Positions 45,996 through 54,955 of a DNA stretch of 64,000 nucleotides are shown piece by piece (the stretch's first letter is position 1; each line of letters begins with the position of its first letter). The notes beneath the pieces are model-generated. The model had not been told where the DNA came from, made no database searches, and saw nothing but the letters and a program-made list of their open reading frames with translations. A program made the translations under genes and the position numbers. The stretch spans positions 213,842 to 277,841 of the forward strand of contig SCQP01000016.1 in NCBI GenBank assembly GCA_004299485.1. Reading direction: 5' to 3'. The DNA comes from Acidobacteriota bacterium. Its GTDB lineage: Bacteria; Acidobacteriota; Terriglobia; Terriglobales; SCQP01.

Positions 45996-47254
45996 ACCGG
46001 CCAGGAGTGGGGATCTACCAGCAGCTCTTCGCGGCTGCGGTCGGGCAACAACAGGATGGAAACGGCGGCGAGCAGAGCCGCAAAGATCAGGTAAGCCGCA
46101 GCCGCCATCGGGGTTCCGACGCCGTGAGTGAGGGCGACGGCAACCAGCGGCGCGGTCCCGCCTGCCATGCCAATGCCCACGTTAAACGCCACGGCATGAC
46201 CGGAAACACGGAACTCGGGCGCAAATTGTTCTGCCAGCATGGCCGGTCCGGCACCCATCACCAGAGCCAGCAGGCCGGCGAACAGCAGTTGTGCTAGCCA
46301 GAGCTCGGCCGGACCCTGGCGTGCGAGCGCAAAGGCGCTCCAGGCGATGGCCGCCTCGAGGAAGAAGGCTGCGGCCAGCAACGTGCGGCGGCGCAAGGCC
46401 CAGTCAGTCAGCCAGCCTGCCAGCGGCACCACGGCGAGCGCCAAGGCTTGCCCGGCGGTGTTGACGCGCAGCACGAAGGCCTGCGACAGGTGTCCAAATG
46501 TGTGGGCGTAGGTAGGCAGATAAACCATCGTCAGGTAATCGGCGATGCCGTAGCCGGAACTGAACAAAGTGGCCAGCAGCATGGTCCGCGGCGCGCGGCG
46601 CAGCGCCTGCGCCAGGGGAGCGGCGGCAGGTTTGTTCTGCTTGCTGGCTGCGGGAAGCATCTCCGGCAGACCGCGACGGAGCCAATAGCCGGCGAGCGCC
46701 AGCACGCCGCCGGCAATAAACGGAGCCCGCCAGGCCCAGGCCGCGAGTACCACGGGACCAGCCCAGCTCGCCGCCAGCGCGGCAACGCCTGCGGCGAGCA
46801 GCATACCGCCAGTCGAGCCCAGATTGGCGATACTGCCGGCCCAGCCACGCCGGCGCGGTGCGGCCGCTTCGACGAGGTAGGTGACGGAGCCGACAAATTC
46901 GCCGCCAACCGAGAACCCCTGAAACAGCCGAATGGTAATCAACAGGATCGGCGCCCAGACGCCAATGGCCGCATAGGTGGGCACCAGGCCCATCGCCACG
47001 GTGGCGGCGCCCATCAGGAGCACCGAGGCGACCATGACGTAGCGCCGTCCGCGCCGGTCGCCCCAATGGCCCAGCACCCAGGCGCCCAGGGGCCGCATGG
47101 CAAAGCCTGCGGCGAAGCCGCCGTACACCTCCAGCAGTCCCACCCAGGCGCTTTGCGAGGGGAAAAACAGCGCCGCCAGCACCGGCGCCAGCAGGCCGTA
47201 GAGGCCGAAGTCGTACCACTCCAGCACATTGCCGATGCCACCGGCCCAAGCCAC
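45992..47254 (-). CDS. MFS transporter (metabolite:H+ symporter, ProP/KgtP-like)
   Basis: 'GNVLEWYDFGLYG', 'GHWGDRRGRR' (MFS loop 2-3 motif) and 12 TM segments. GTG at 47254 chosen; the track ORF extends to 47422. Confidence 0.75.
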   Translation of the reverse strand: MAWAGGIGNVLEWYDFGLYGLLAPVLAALFFPSQSAWVGLLEVYGGFAAGFAMRPLGAWVLGHWGDRRGRRYVMVASVLLMGAATVAMGLVPTYAAIGVWAPILLITIRLFQGFSVGGEFVGSVTYLVEAAAPRRRGWAGSIANLGSTGGMLLAAGVAALAASWAGPVVLAAWAWRAPFIAGGVLALAGYWLRRGLPEMLPAASKQNKPAAAPLAQALRRAPRTMLLATLFSSGYGIADYLTMVYLPTYAHTFGHLSQAFVLRVNTAGQALALAVVPLAGWLTDWALRRRTLLAAAFFLEAAIAWSAFALARQGPAELWLAQLLFAGLLALVMGAGPAMLAEQFAPEFRVSGHAVAFNVGIGMAGGTAPLVAVALTHGVGTPMAAAAYLIFAALLAAVSILLLPDRSREELLVDPHSWPV

Positions 47255-47500
47255 GCGCCGGGAACGGAATATATCATGCTGGTGCCTACTCGGCTGTAGA
47301 GATGGAGTCAATTTTCGCCGTGGCACAGGCCGCCCTCCGGTACGACAAGCTGCGTAAAGCCCCCACGCGCGACGATGCCCGGGCGATCCTTCATGATGTG
47401 CCCAGTGTAGCCGCCGTTGCACCCAGTGAGGCCCTACGCTTTGAGAAGGCGCGGCGCGACGCTGTTTGACTTATTTAAGTCGGGCAGCCAAAATAATGGA

Positions 47501-47752
47501 ATGAAGCCCGAGACCGTACGCACCTCGCTAGACTTGCCCTTCGACCTCCACCGGCGCATTCGGGAAGCGGCGGCACGGCGTGGCTGCTCGGCGCGTGAAT
47601 TAATCCTGGCCGGCGTAGAACGCGCCGTGGACGAAGCGCGGCCGGCTCGCCCAGCGCACCGTCTGCGACTCGATCCTCCATTGATCCGTCCCGCTGGCCG
47701 GCGCATCGGGCTGAGCAACCAGGATGCCTATGAGCTCGTTGAGCTTCCCTGA
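47501..47752 (+). CDS. Ribbon-helix-helix antitoxin (VapB-like)
   Basis: 'RTSLDLPFDLHRRIREAAARRGCSARELILAGVERAV' is an RHH pattern. Directly upstream of, and overlapping, a PIN gene. Confidence 0.7.
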   Translation: MKPETVRTSLDLPFDLHRRIREAAARRGCSARELILAGVERAVDEARPARPAHRLRLDPPLIRPAGRRIGLSNQDAYELVELP

Positions 47753-48158
47753 TCTAAACGTCTGGTTGGCAATTGCCACACCGGAGCATGTCCACGCGGC
47801 TGTCGCGCGGAACTGGTGGGAGCGTGAGCGCGGCACCATTGCCTTCTGCCGGCTTTCGCAGCTCGGATTTCTACGCCTCACAACGACGGCGGCCGCCATG
47901 GACGGCAAACCGCTCACCATGCGGGAAGCCTGGCGCGTGTACGACCGATTTTATTCCGATGACCGGGTGGCATTTATTGCCGAACCCCGATTGGTGGAGC
48001 GGCAGTTCCGGCAACACACCCGCGACCGATCCGCCTCGCCAAAGATGTGGGCTGATGCCTGGATGCTTGCCACAGCGGATGCGGCAGACGGACTGGTCGT
48101 AACCCTCGACCGAGCGCTCGCAGCGCGCGGCGCTCTCTGCCTGCTCGCCGGTTCGTAA
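47724..48158 (+). CDS. vapC: PIN-domain toxin (VapC family)
   Basis: 'PDLNVWLA...' N-terminus, 'FCRLSQLGFLRLTT', 'ADAWMLATA', 'LVTLD'. Confidence 0.7.
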   Translation: MPMSSLSFPDLNVWLAIATPEHVHAAVARNWWERERGTIAFCRLSQLGFLRLTTTAAAMDGKPLTMREAWRVYDRFYSDDRVAFIAEPRLVERQFRQHTRDRSASPKMWADAWMLATADAADGLVVTLDRALAARGALCLLAGS

Positions 48159-48160
48159 CT

Positions 48161-48709
48161 TTAGCGCTGGCTGGTTTCGCCGGACTGGACGCGGCGGGTG
48201 AAGTCGGCGGATTTGCCGCGCGGGATGCTCAGGCTCTGCCAGGCGGCGCCCTGCAAGTGCTTGGCGAGAAACACGATTTGGCCGACGTGGTAGGCGTAGT
48301 GGGCAAGCTGGCGATGGACGGCCTGGGTGATGGAGTGCTTTTCGCCGCGGATGGTGACGGCGCGCGCCATATCGCCATCGGTGAGCGGGGTCAGGGCGTC
48401 GAAGACATAATTCCAGCCTGTCTCCCACAGGGCGATCATCGCGGCGCGGGTTTGCGGCGGCGCTTCAAACTCGCTGTCGCGGTTGCGGTCGGGTTTTTCG
48501 CCGTCCGCGTCGGGAAAGCCTTGCCAGCGGGAGCGCATATTGCCGGCCAGGTGCTTCACGATCTGGGCGATGGAGTTCATCTCCGGGTCGAGCGCCGCGG
48601 TGAGCTGTGCGTCGCTGAGCTGGGCGAAGGCGCGCTCGCCCATGGTTTTGTAGTAATGGAACAGGCTGGTGGCGTCGGCAAGGCAGGAGGCGGTGAATTC
48701 GAGAGCCAT
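48161..48709 (-). CDS. DinB/DUF1572-family protein
   Basis: 'IVKHLAGNMRSRW' and 'HRQLAHYAYHVGQIVFLAK', a His-triad pattern of the DinB superfamily. Confidence 0.65.
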   Translation of the reverse strand: MALEFTASCLADATSLFHYYKTMGERAFAQLSDAQLTAALDPEMNSIAQIVKHLAGNMRSRWQGFPDADGEKPDRNRDSEFEAPPQTRAAMIALWETGWNYVFDALTPLTDGDMARAVTIRGEKHSITQAVHRQLAHYAYHVGQIVFLAKHLQGAAWQSLSIPRGKSADFTRRVQSGETSQR

Positions 48710-48735
48710 GCTTTCATTGTAGAATTTGTGTTTCC

Positions 48736-49764
48736 ATGCCTCGCCAAACCTACGCCGCTGCGGGTGTTTCCATCGCTGCCGCTGATCGCGCTAAAAAGCA
48801 GATTGCCCGGCTGGCACGCGCCACCTTCAACCGGCAGGTGCTGGCCGAGATTGGCAGCTTCGGCGGCCTGTTCCAGCTTCCGCGCGGCCTGCGCGAACCG
48901 GTGCTGGTGGCGAGCATGGATGGAGTCGGGACCAAGCTCAAGCTGGCTTTTCAAACCGGCATTCACAATACCGTCGGCCGTGATCTGGTGAACCATTGCG
49001 TCAACGACATTCTGGTGCAGGGCGCGCGGCCGCTGTTTTTCCTGGACTACATCGCGCTGGGCCGCATGCAGCCGTCGACCGTGGCTGCACTGGTCGAAGG
49101 GCTAAGCCGTGGCTGCCGCGAAAATGGCTGCGTGCTGCTGGGCGGCGAAACTGCCGAAATGCCCGGCTTCTACGCGGCGAACGAATATGACCTGGCCGGC
49201 TGCATCGTAGGTGTGGCCGAAAGACGCACGCTGTTGACCGGCGCCGCCATTCGGCCCGGCGACATCCTGTTCGGGCTGCGCTCGGCCGGCCTGCACACCA
49301 ACGGCTATGCGCTAGCGCGGAAAATTCTGTTCGAGCAAGCGGGGTATCGCCCGAGCACGCGGCTCAAAGAGGTGGGCAGAGCGAGCCTGGGCGAGGTGCT
49401 GCTGGCGGAGCACCGCAGTTACTTGCCGCTGTTGCGGCCCTGGCTGCCACGGCTGCGTGGCCTGGCCCACATTACCGGCGGTGGGATTCCGGGCAACTTA
49501 CCCCGCATTCTGCCCAAGATCTGCGCCGCAGAAATCGACGCCGCGAGCTGGACGTGGCCGCCCCTGTTTCAGCTTTTGCAGCGGCTCGGCGAGGTGCCGC
49601 TGGCGGACATGCGACGGACCTTCAATCTCGGTATCGGCATGATCGCGGTAGTGCGCGCAGCGGATGCTGCGGCCTTTGCGCGTTACCTCCAGCGCAAGGG
49701 CGAGCCGGTGCTGCGCATTGGGCGCATCGTTACTGGCGGCCGGCGGGTGGTGTGGAAGGCATGA
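48736..49764 (+). CDS. purM: Phosphoribosylformylglycinamidine cyclo-ligase
   Basis: 'YAAAGVSIAAADRAK', 'DGVGTKLK', 'VNDILVQGARPLFFLDY', 'GGETAEMPG'. Confidence 0.9.
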   Translation: MPRQTYAAAGVSIAAADRAKKQIARLARATFNRQVLAEIGSFGGLFQLPRGLREPVLVASMDGVGTKLKLAFQTGIHNTVGRDLVNHCVNDILVQGARPLFFLDYIALGRMQPSTVAALVEGLSRGCRENGCVLLGGETAEMPGFYAANEYDLAGCIVGVAERRTLLTGAAIRPGDILFGLRSAGLHTNGYALARKILFEQAGYRPSTRLKEVGRASLGEVLLAEHRSYLPLLRPWLPRLRGLAHITGGGIPGNLPRILPKICAAEIDAASWTWPPLFQLLQRLGEVPLADMRRTFNLGIGMIAVVRAADAAAFARYLQRKGEPVLRIGRIVTGGRRVVWKA

Positions 49765-50342
49765 AGCTTGGGGTGCTGATTTCCGGACGCGGATCGAATC
49801 TGCAGGCGATTGCGGCGGCGTTTCCGGAGCAGATTGCGCTGGTGCTGAGTAACCGCCCGCAGGCGCCGGGGCTGATCTGGGCGCGCGAGCAAGGCCTGGC
49901 GACCTGCGCGCTGGCGAGCGCCGGCCGCGAGCGCGAGGAGTACGACCGCGAGGTGGTGGCCAAGCTCCGCGAGGCGGGCGTCGAGCTGGTATGTCTGGCG
50001 GGCTACATGCGCCTGCTGAGCGGCTATTTTCTGCGGGCCTTTCCCAACCGCATTCTCAACATCCATCCTTCGCTGCTGCCGTCATTTCCGGGACTAGATG
50101 CCCAACAGCAGGCCATCGATGGCGGCGTAAAGTTTTCCGGCTGCACCGTGCACTTCGTCGATGAGACGCTCGACGGCGGGCCAATTATTCTGCAGGCGGT
50201 CGTCCCGGTGCTCGATACCGACGACGCCGCTTCGCTCGCGGCACGCATTCTCGTCGAAGAGCACAAGCTCTACCCCGCAGCCATTCGCCGCGTCGCCATC
50301 GGCACCTATCGTCTCCAGGATCGCCGCGTGGTGGCTATTTAG
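49761..50342 (+). CDS. purN: Phosphoribosylglycinamide formyltransferase
   Basis: 'MKLGVLISGRGSNLQAI', 'NIHPSLLPSFPG', 'GCTVHFVDETLDGGPII'. ATGA overlap with purM; the track ORF starts at 49554. Confidence 0.9.
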   Translation: MKLGVLISGRGSNLQAIAAAFPEQIALVLSNRPQAPGLIWAREQGLATCALASAGREREEYDREVVAKLREAGVELVCLAGYMRLLSGYFLRAFPNRILNIHPSLLPSFPGLDAQQQAIDGGVKFSGCTVHFVDETLDGGPIILQAVVPVLDTDDAASLAARILVEEHKLYPAAIRRVAIGTYRLQDRRVVAI

Positions 50343-50420
50343 CGGCTTGCTCGCAGAGCCGGCGGCGCTCTCGGTTTTGGACGCGGTGCGGGAGTGTCGG
50401 CGTAATTGTAGGGTTGCGAT

Positions 50421-51319
50421 GTGCCGAAAGTTCGGAGCGGGAGCTTGCCAGAGCCTGCCGCCCAGCCCGCCAACTCGCTCATTATGGCGGTCTATAATGC
50501 GTGGATGGCCGATCTAATCGCGAGTGCAATTGACGAGTGCGCTCAATACATCGCACGAGCGGGAACCGGCATCGACATCGAAGCTTTCTGGAATGCAAAG
50601 TCACCGGAGACCAACTCCACCGTCATCGCCTGTCTTGTCCCCAACGCACGAATCGCGGGTCTGCCAATTGACAATGACCAGTCGAACTACATCGCTGCCT
50701 ACTTGGGCGATCTGGGCCAATGCCTGCCTGAATCAGAACGCGGGCACTGGCAAACCTTCGATATCGCCCCGCCGGGCCCAATGAGCGGCACGGCCATCAA
50801 ACGCAGTTTCCTGGCCGAGTTCGCACAACCCACGATGCCAGACCTGGTATTTAGGCAAGAGTTCGAAGCGTTTCAGAAGGAGTGGCATAAGAATAACGGC
50901 TGGGACCTGTTCAGGCCGCTGGCCCATGCCGACCAGCACTGCCTGACATCTCTGCACATCCCGGCGACGGAAGAGCAGAGCGAATTTGACGAGCAGGTGG
51001 GTTATCTCACAAAAGTGCTCATCGATTCGCTAAACGAGAGCAAGCTGGCTGAATTCATTCCCAAGGTCGAGGAACAGAAAAGCATCGGCAAGCTGGAGGC
51101 GTTTCTGAAGTGCAAGAAAATTGCTGATCCAGCGATGCACATCCAGTTCCTCCGCGATCTCCAAGCGCTCCGCTCCACAGGCGTCGCGCATGCAAAGGCG
51201 AGAATTTTCTGAAGGTCGCTGAGCGACTTGGAATGAACGACCATAGCCGCCAACAAGTGTTTGCACGGCTTTTCGCGAGCGCTACCGAGTTGCTTAGGGC
51301 GGTGCGGGCAGCCTGTTGA
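50421..51319 (+). pseudogene. Hypothetical protein, apparently frameshifted near 51197
   Basis: ORF 50421-51212 stops at '...GVAHAKARIF*'. A -1 shift at aaaggcg gives '...GVAHAKGENFLKVAERLGMNDHSRQQVFARLFASATELLRAVRAAC*', ending at 51319. The DNA is AT-richer than its neighbours. Confidence 0.5.
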
Positions 51320-51347
51320 GCCTGCTGTTTGCCGCCGTCCTGTCCCC

Positions 51348-51797
51348 TCAGGCAACCTGGAAGCCGAGGGCGAGCGCGTTGGCGCGGACGCGACGATCAC
51401 GGGTCAGAATCCGCACCAGTTGCGGTGGCAAACCCAACGTCTGCGCCGTAACCAAGTGGATCGCATCCAGGGTTCGAACCGGCTCTGCCGGAAAAGGCGC
51501 CCCGACTCTGCCGAGGATGAGCTGGCTCACGGGCATCATGGAACAGCGTTGTGAAAAATCCCAGAGAGCCAGTGCGAATTCCGCCTCTTCGCCGGAGGTG
51601 ATGCGTCCGGTGGTTTTGGCGCGAGTGAGCGCGCGTTCGGCCTCTGCCAAGGTCAGTGATGACGAGATAATTTGCCCTGACCCGAAAATGATGGAGCGGG
51701 CCTGCGCGTCGCCCTCTAGAAAGGCAGCGACGAGAGCACTGCTCTCGATGTAATCGGTCCGGTGCTGTGGCTCAGCGCTCATCTCGATCTTCGTCAA
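51348..51797 (-). CDS. vapC: PIN-domain toxin (VapC family)
   Basis: 'YIESSALVAAFLEGD', 'LDAIHLVTA', 'ILTRDRRV'. Overlaps the upstream antitoxin gene. Confidence 0.75.
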   Translation of the reverse strand: MTKIEMSAEPQHRTDYIESSALVAAFLEGDAQARSIIFGSGQIISSSLTLAEAERALTRAKTTGRITSGEEAEFALALWDFSQRCSMMPVSQLILGRVGAPFPAEPVRTLDAIHLVTAQTLGLPPQLVRILTRDRRVRANALALGFQVA

Positions 51798-52056
51798 TCA
51801 GGGCTGCCGCGGTTCCTGGCGGAAGGTGAATGTTTGGCCAGCGAATCCTTGCATGGGGATCGCGCGGCGGGATGATTTGGCCGGCCGCCACTAGCGCGTC
51901 GTAACCCATGCCGGGAGCCTGCGCAGAGGCGGGCGGAAAGAGGCGCGCTACGGTTCGGCCATGAGCCGTAATTTCGATGATTTCACCCGCCTCGCTGCGG
52001 CGCACGTAGGCGCTGAGCTTGTTTTTCAATTCCCGGATACCGACCGAGGTGGCCAT
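51772..52056 (-). CDS. Type II antitoxin (Phd/YefM-like)
   Basis: 'VGIRELKNKLSAYVRRSEAGEIIEITAHGRTVARL'. Confidence 0.75.
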   Translation of the reverse strand: MATSVGIRELKNKLSAYVRRSEAGEIIEITAHGRTVARLFPPASAQAPGMGYDALVAAGQIIPPRDPHARIRWPNIHLPPGTAAALIDEDRDER

Positions 52057-52119
52057 AGGGCTATTGTACCCTCATGCAGCCACTTGTAGCTGCAATGCGG
52101 TTTCGCCTACACTGCGCGC

Positions 52120-53844
52120 ATGCGGTCTCTATTTCGCCTTTTCCTGATGCTGGTGGCGGCAGCCGGTTTGTTGCTGGCGCAAATTCCGAACAATCCTAAG
52201 CTCCCGGGCCGTAAGCAGGCGCGCTCGATGGTGATCAGCCGCCTGGGCATCGTCGCGGCCAGCCAGTCACTGGCAGCGCAAGCCGGCGCGCAAATTCTTG
52301 CCGAGGGCGGCTCGGCCGCCGACGCCGCGATCGCGGCCAACGCCACACTGGGGGTGGTCGAACCCATGATGAACGGCATGGGCGGCGACCTGTTCGCCAT
52401 GGTGTGGAACGCGAAAACGGGCAAGCTCGCAGGTCTGAACGCCAGCGGCTGGTCGCCGGAAAAACTTACGCCCGCCTATCTCGAATCCAAAGGCGACCAG
52501 CGCATGCCCATGTCCGGGATCGACGCGGTCACGGTGCCAGGTGCGGTGCGCGGCTGGGAGGCGCTGCATGCGCGTTACGGCAAGCTGCCCTGGAAAGCGC
52601 TGTTTCAGCCGGCGATTTACTATGCCGAGCACGGCTACCCGGTCACGGAGTGGATCGCCAGCGCATGGAAACCGCAGCAGCGCAAGCTCGCCGCGGACGT
52701 GAATGGCCGGCGCGTCTTTTTGATCGACGGTCAGACGCCGCAGGTGGGCCAGGTTTTCCGCAATCCCGAATATGCCCGGGCGCTGCGCCTGGTCGCCGAC
52801 GAGGGACCGGACGCCTTTTATGATGGCCCGATCGCCAAGGCGATTCTGGCAACGTCGAAGCGGCTGGGCGGCGTGATGAGCGCGGCGGATCTGTCCACTT
52901 TTCGCCCGGAGTGGGTCGCGCCGATTTCGACTACCTACCATGGCTGGCAGGTCTACGAGCTTCCGCCCAACACGCAGGGCTTTGGCGCACTCGAAATGCT
53001 CAACATTTTCGGCCAGTTTCCGCTGGCGCAATGGGGCTTTGCCAATCCCAAGACCTGGTACGTCAAAACAGAAGCGATGAAGCTGGCCTATTCCGACCTG
53101 CGGCGCTATGACGGCGACCCACGCTTCGCCAAAATTCCGGTTTCCGGGCTGATCTCCAAAGTCTACGGCGCGCAGCGCGCCAAGCTCATCCACATGAATC
53201 AGGCGAACTGCAGCTATCCTCCCGGCGATGCCGCGCGCTTCAACGCCGACACCGTCTATCTGACCGCGATTGACGCGCAGGGCAATATCGTCTCGCTGAT
53301 TCAGAGCTTGTACGATGAGTTTGGCTCCGGCGTGGTGGTCGATCATTACGGCATCATGCTGCAGGATCGCGGTGCCTTATTCGTGCTCACGCCCGGTCAT
53401 CCGGATGAGCTCGCCGGCCATAAACGTCCCTTCCACACGTTGATTCCGGCGTTCATGCAAAAAGGAGACCTGCACATTGGCTTCGGCATCATGGGCGGCC
53501 TGAACCAGGCTCAGGCGCATGCGCAGTACGTCAGCGACATTGCCGACTACGGCATGAACATTCAGGCCGCAATGGAAGCACCGCGCTTCACGAACCACAC
53601 CTTTGGCGGCTGTCATTTCTTCATCGAAGACCGCGCACCCAAGAGCGTGATCGATACCCTTACGGCCAAGGGCGACCATATTACCGTCGGCAACGAGTAC
53701 AGCGATCGCGTGGGCGGCGGTCAAGCGGTCATGTTCGATTCGACAACCGGAGTAAAATACGGCGCCTCGGATCCGCGCAAAGACGGCGAAGCGATCCCGC
53801 AACCGCCGCTGGCAGTAGTGAAAGGTGGGGGCGCCAGCCGTTAA
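52120..53844 (+). CDS. ggt: Gamma-glutamyltransferase
   Basis: Signal peptide, 'GGSAADAAIAANATLGVVEPMMNGMGGD', nucleophile region 'DTVYLTAIDAQGN', 'GGLNQAQAH'. Confidence 0.9.
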   Translation: MRSLFRLFLMLVAAAGLLLAQIPNNPKLPGRKQARSMVISRLGIVAASQSLAAQAGAQILAEGGSAADAAIAANATLGVVEPMMNGMGGDLFAMVWNAKTGKLAGLNASGWSPEKLTPAYLESKGDQRMPMSGIDAVTVPGAVRGWEALHARYGKLPWKALFQPAIYYAEHGYPVTEWIASAWKPQQRKLAADVNGRRVFLIDGQTPQVGQVFRNPEYARALRLVADEGPDAFYDGPIAKAILATSKRLGGVMSAADLSTFRPEWVAPISTTYHGWQVYELPPNTQGFGALEMLNIFGQFPLAQWGFANPKTWYVKTEAMKLAYSDLRRYDGDPRFAKIPVSGLISKVYGAQRAKLIHMNQANCSYPPGDAARFNADTVYLTAIDAQGNIVSLIQSLYDEFGSGVVVDHYGIMLQDRGALFVLTPGHPDELAGHKRPFHTLIPAFMQKGDLHIGFGIMGGLNQAQAHAQYVSDIADYGMNIQAAMEAPRFTNHTFGGCHFFIEDRAPKSVIDTLTAKGDHITVGNEYSDRVGGGQAVMFDSTTGVKYGASDPRKDGEAIPQPPLAVVKGGGASR

Positions 53845-53854
53845 GATATAACCC

Positions 53855-54901
53855 ATGCAATATGACGCGGTGGTACTGGTTTCCTTCGGCGGGCCGGAGA
53901 AGCTCGAAGACGTGCTGCCGTTCCTGGAAAACGTTCTGCGCGGCCGGAATGTGCCCGCGCAGCGGCGGCAGGAAATTGCCGAGCACTATTGCGCCATGGG
54001 CGGCCGCAGCCCGATCGTGGAAGCCACGCGCGCCATGGCGGCGCATCTGCAAAACGAGCTGGACCTGAAAGGTCCGCGCCTGCCGGTTTACATCGGTAAC
54101 CGCAACTGGCATCCGATGCTGGAAGCCACGCTGCGCAAGATGGCGCAGGACGGAATCGGGCGCGCGCTGGCGGTGGTGACTTCGGCGTTCGGCTCTTATT
54201 CCGGCTGCCAGCAGTACCGCGAGGATATCGAGCGCGCACGGGGCATAGTCGCGGCGGCACTGGGCAAGGCCGCACCGCAGATCGACAAAATCCGGCTGTT
54301 CTACAATCACCCCGAATACCTGGCGATCTGGATCGAACGCGTGCAGGACGCGCTGGAGCAGCTCCCCTCAGGCAGTGAAATCATCTTCACGGCGCATAGC
54401 ATTCCGGAAACCATGGCGGCGGTCGCGCCCTATAGGGAGCAGTTGCAGGAAGCGGCGCGGCTGATTGCCACCGCCAATGGCCAGGCGCGCTACCATCTCG
54501 CCTTTCAGAGCCGCAGCGGCCGGCCGGAAGATCCCTGGCTGGAACCCACGGTGGAATCCGTGTTGATCGCTTGCGCCAAGCGCGCCGTGCCAGGCGTGGC
54601 CGTCGTGCCGCTGGGCTTTCTTTCCGACCACATGGAAGTGGTCTACGACTTGGACCGCGAGGTACGGCAAAAGGCGGATACGCTGGGCGTGCCGATGGTG
54701 CGCGTGAAGACGCCGGGAGACCATCCGGCGTTTGCCAGTCTGCTGCGGGAACTCATTCTCGAGCGGTGTGATCCCGAGCGCGTGCGCCGAGGGGTTGGGC
54801 GCTGCGGTGTTTGGCCCGATGGCTGCTATGAGGGCTGCTGTCTGACGAAGAAGCCGCCAGTTGTCAGCTATCAACCATCCGTGGTGACTAGCGGCCGGTA
54901 G
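53855..54901 (+). CDS. hemH: Ferrochelatase
   Basis: 'VVLVSFGGPE', 'GGRSPI', 'FTAHSIPE', 'GFLSDHMEV'. The C-terminal ~15 aa run into a heptamer array. Confidence 0.85.
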   Translation: MQYDAVVLVSFGGPEKLEDVLPFLENVLRGRNVPAQRRQEIAEHYCAMGGRSPIVEATRAMAAHLQNELDLKGPRLPVYIGNRNWHPMLEATLRKMAQDGIGRALAVVTSAFGSYSGCQQYREDIERARGIVAAALGKAAPQIDKIRLFYNHPEYLAIWIERVQDALEQLPSGSEIIFTAHSIPETMAAVAPYREQLQEAARLIATANGQARYHLAFQSRSGRPEDPWLEPTVESVLIACAKRAVPGVAVVPLGFLSDHMEVVYDLDREVRQKADTLGVPMVRVKTPGDHPAFASLLRELILERCDPERVRRGVGRCGVWPDGCYEGCCLTKKPPVVSYQPSVVTSGR

Positions 54902-54955
54902 TTTGCTGGGGGCGCCGAGGGGTTCGCTGACGGTTGGCCATCAGCTATCAGCCGC
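54858..54955. repeat. Two short direct CAG-N4 heptamer arrays flanking a ~56-bp GC-rich spacer
   Basis: cagttgt cagctat caaccat at 54858-54878, and tggccat cagctat cagccgc at 54935-54955. They lie between convergent hemH and gltP. Confidence 0.7.
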
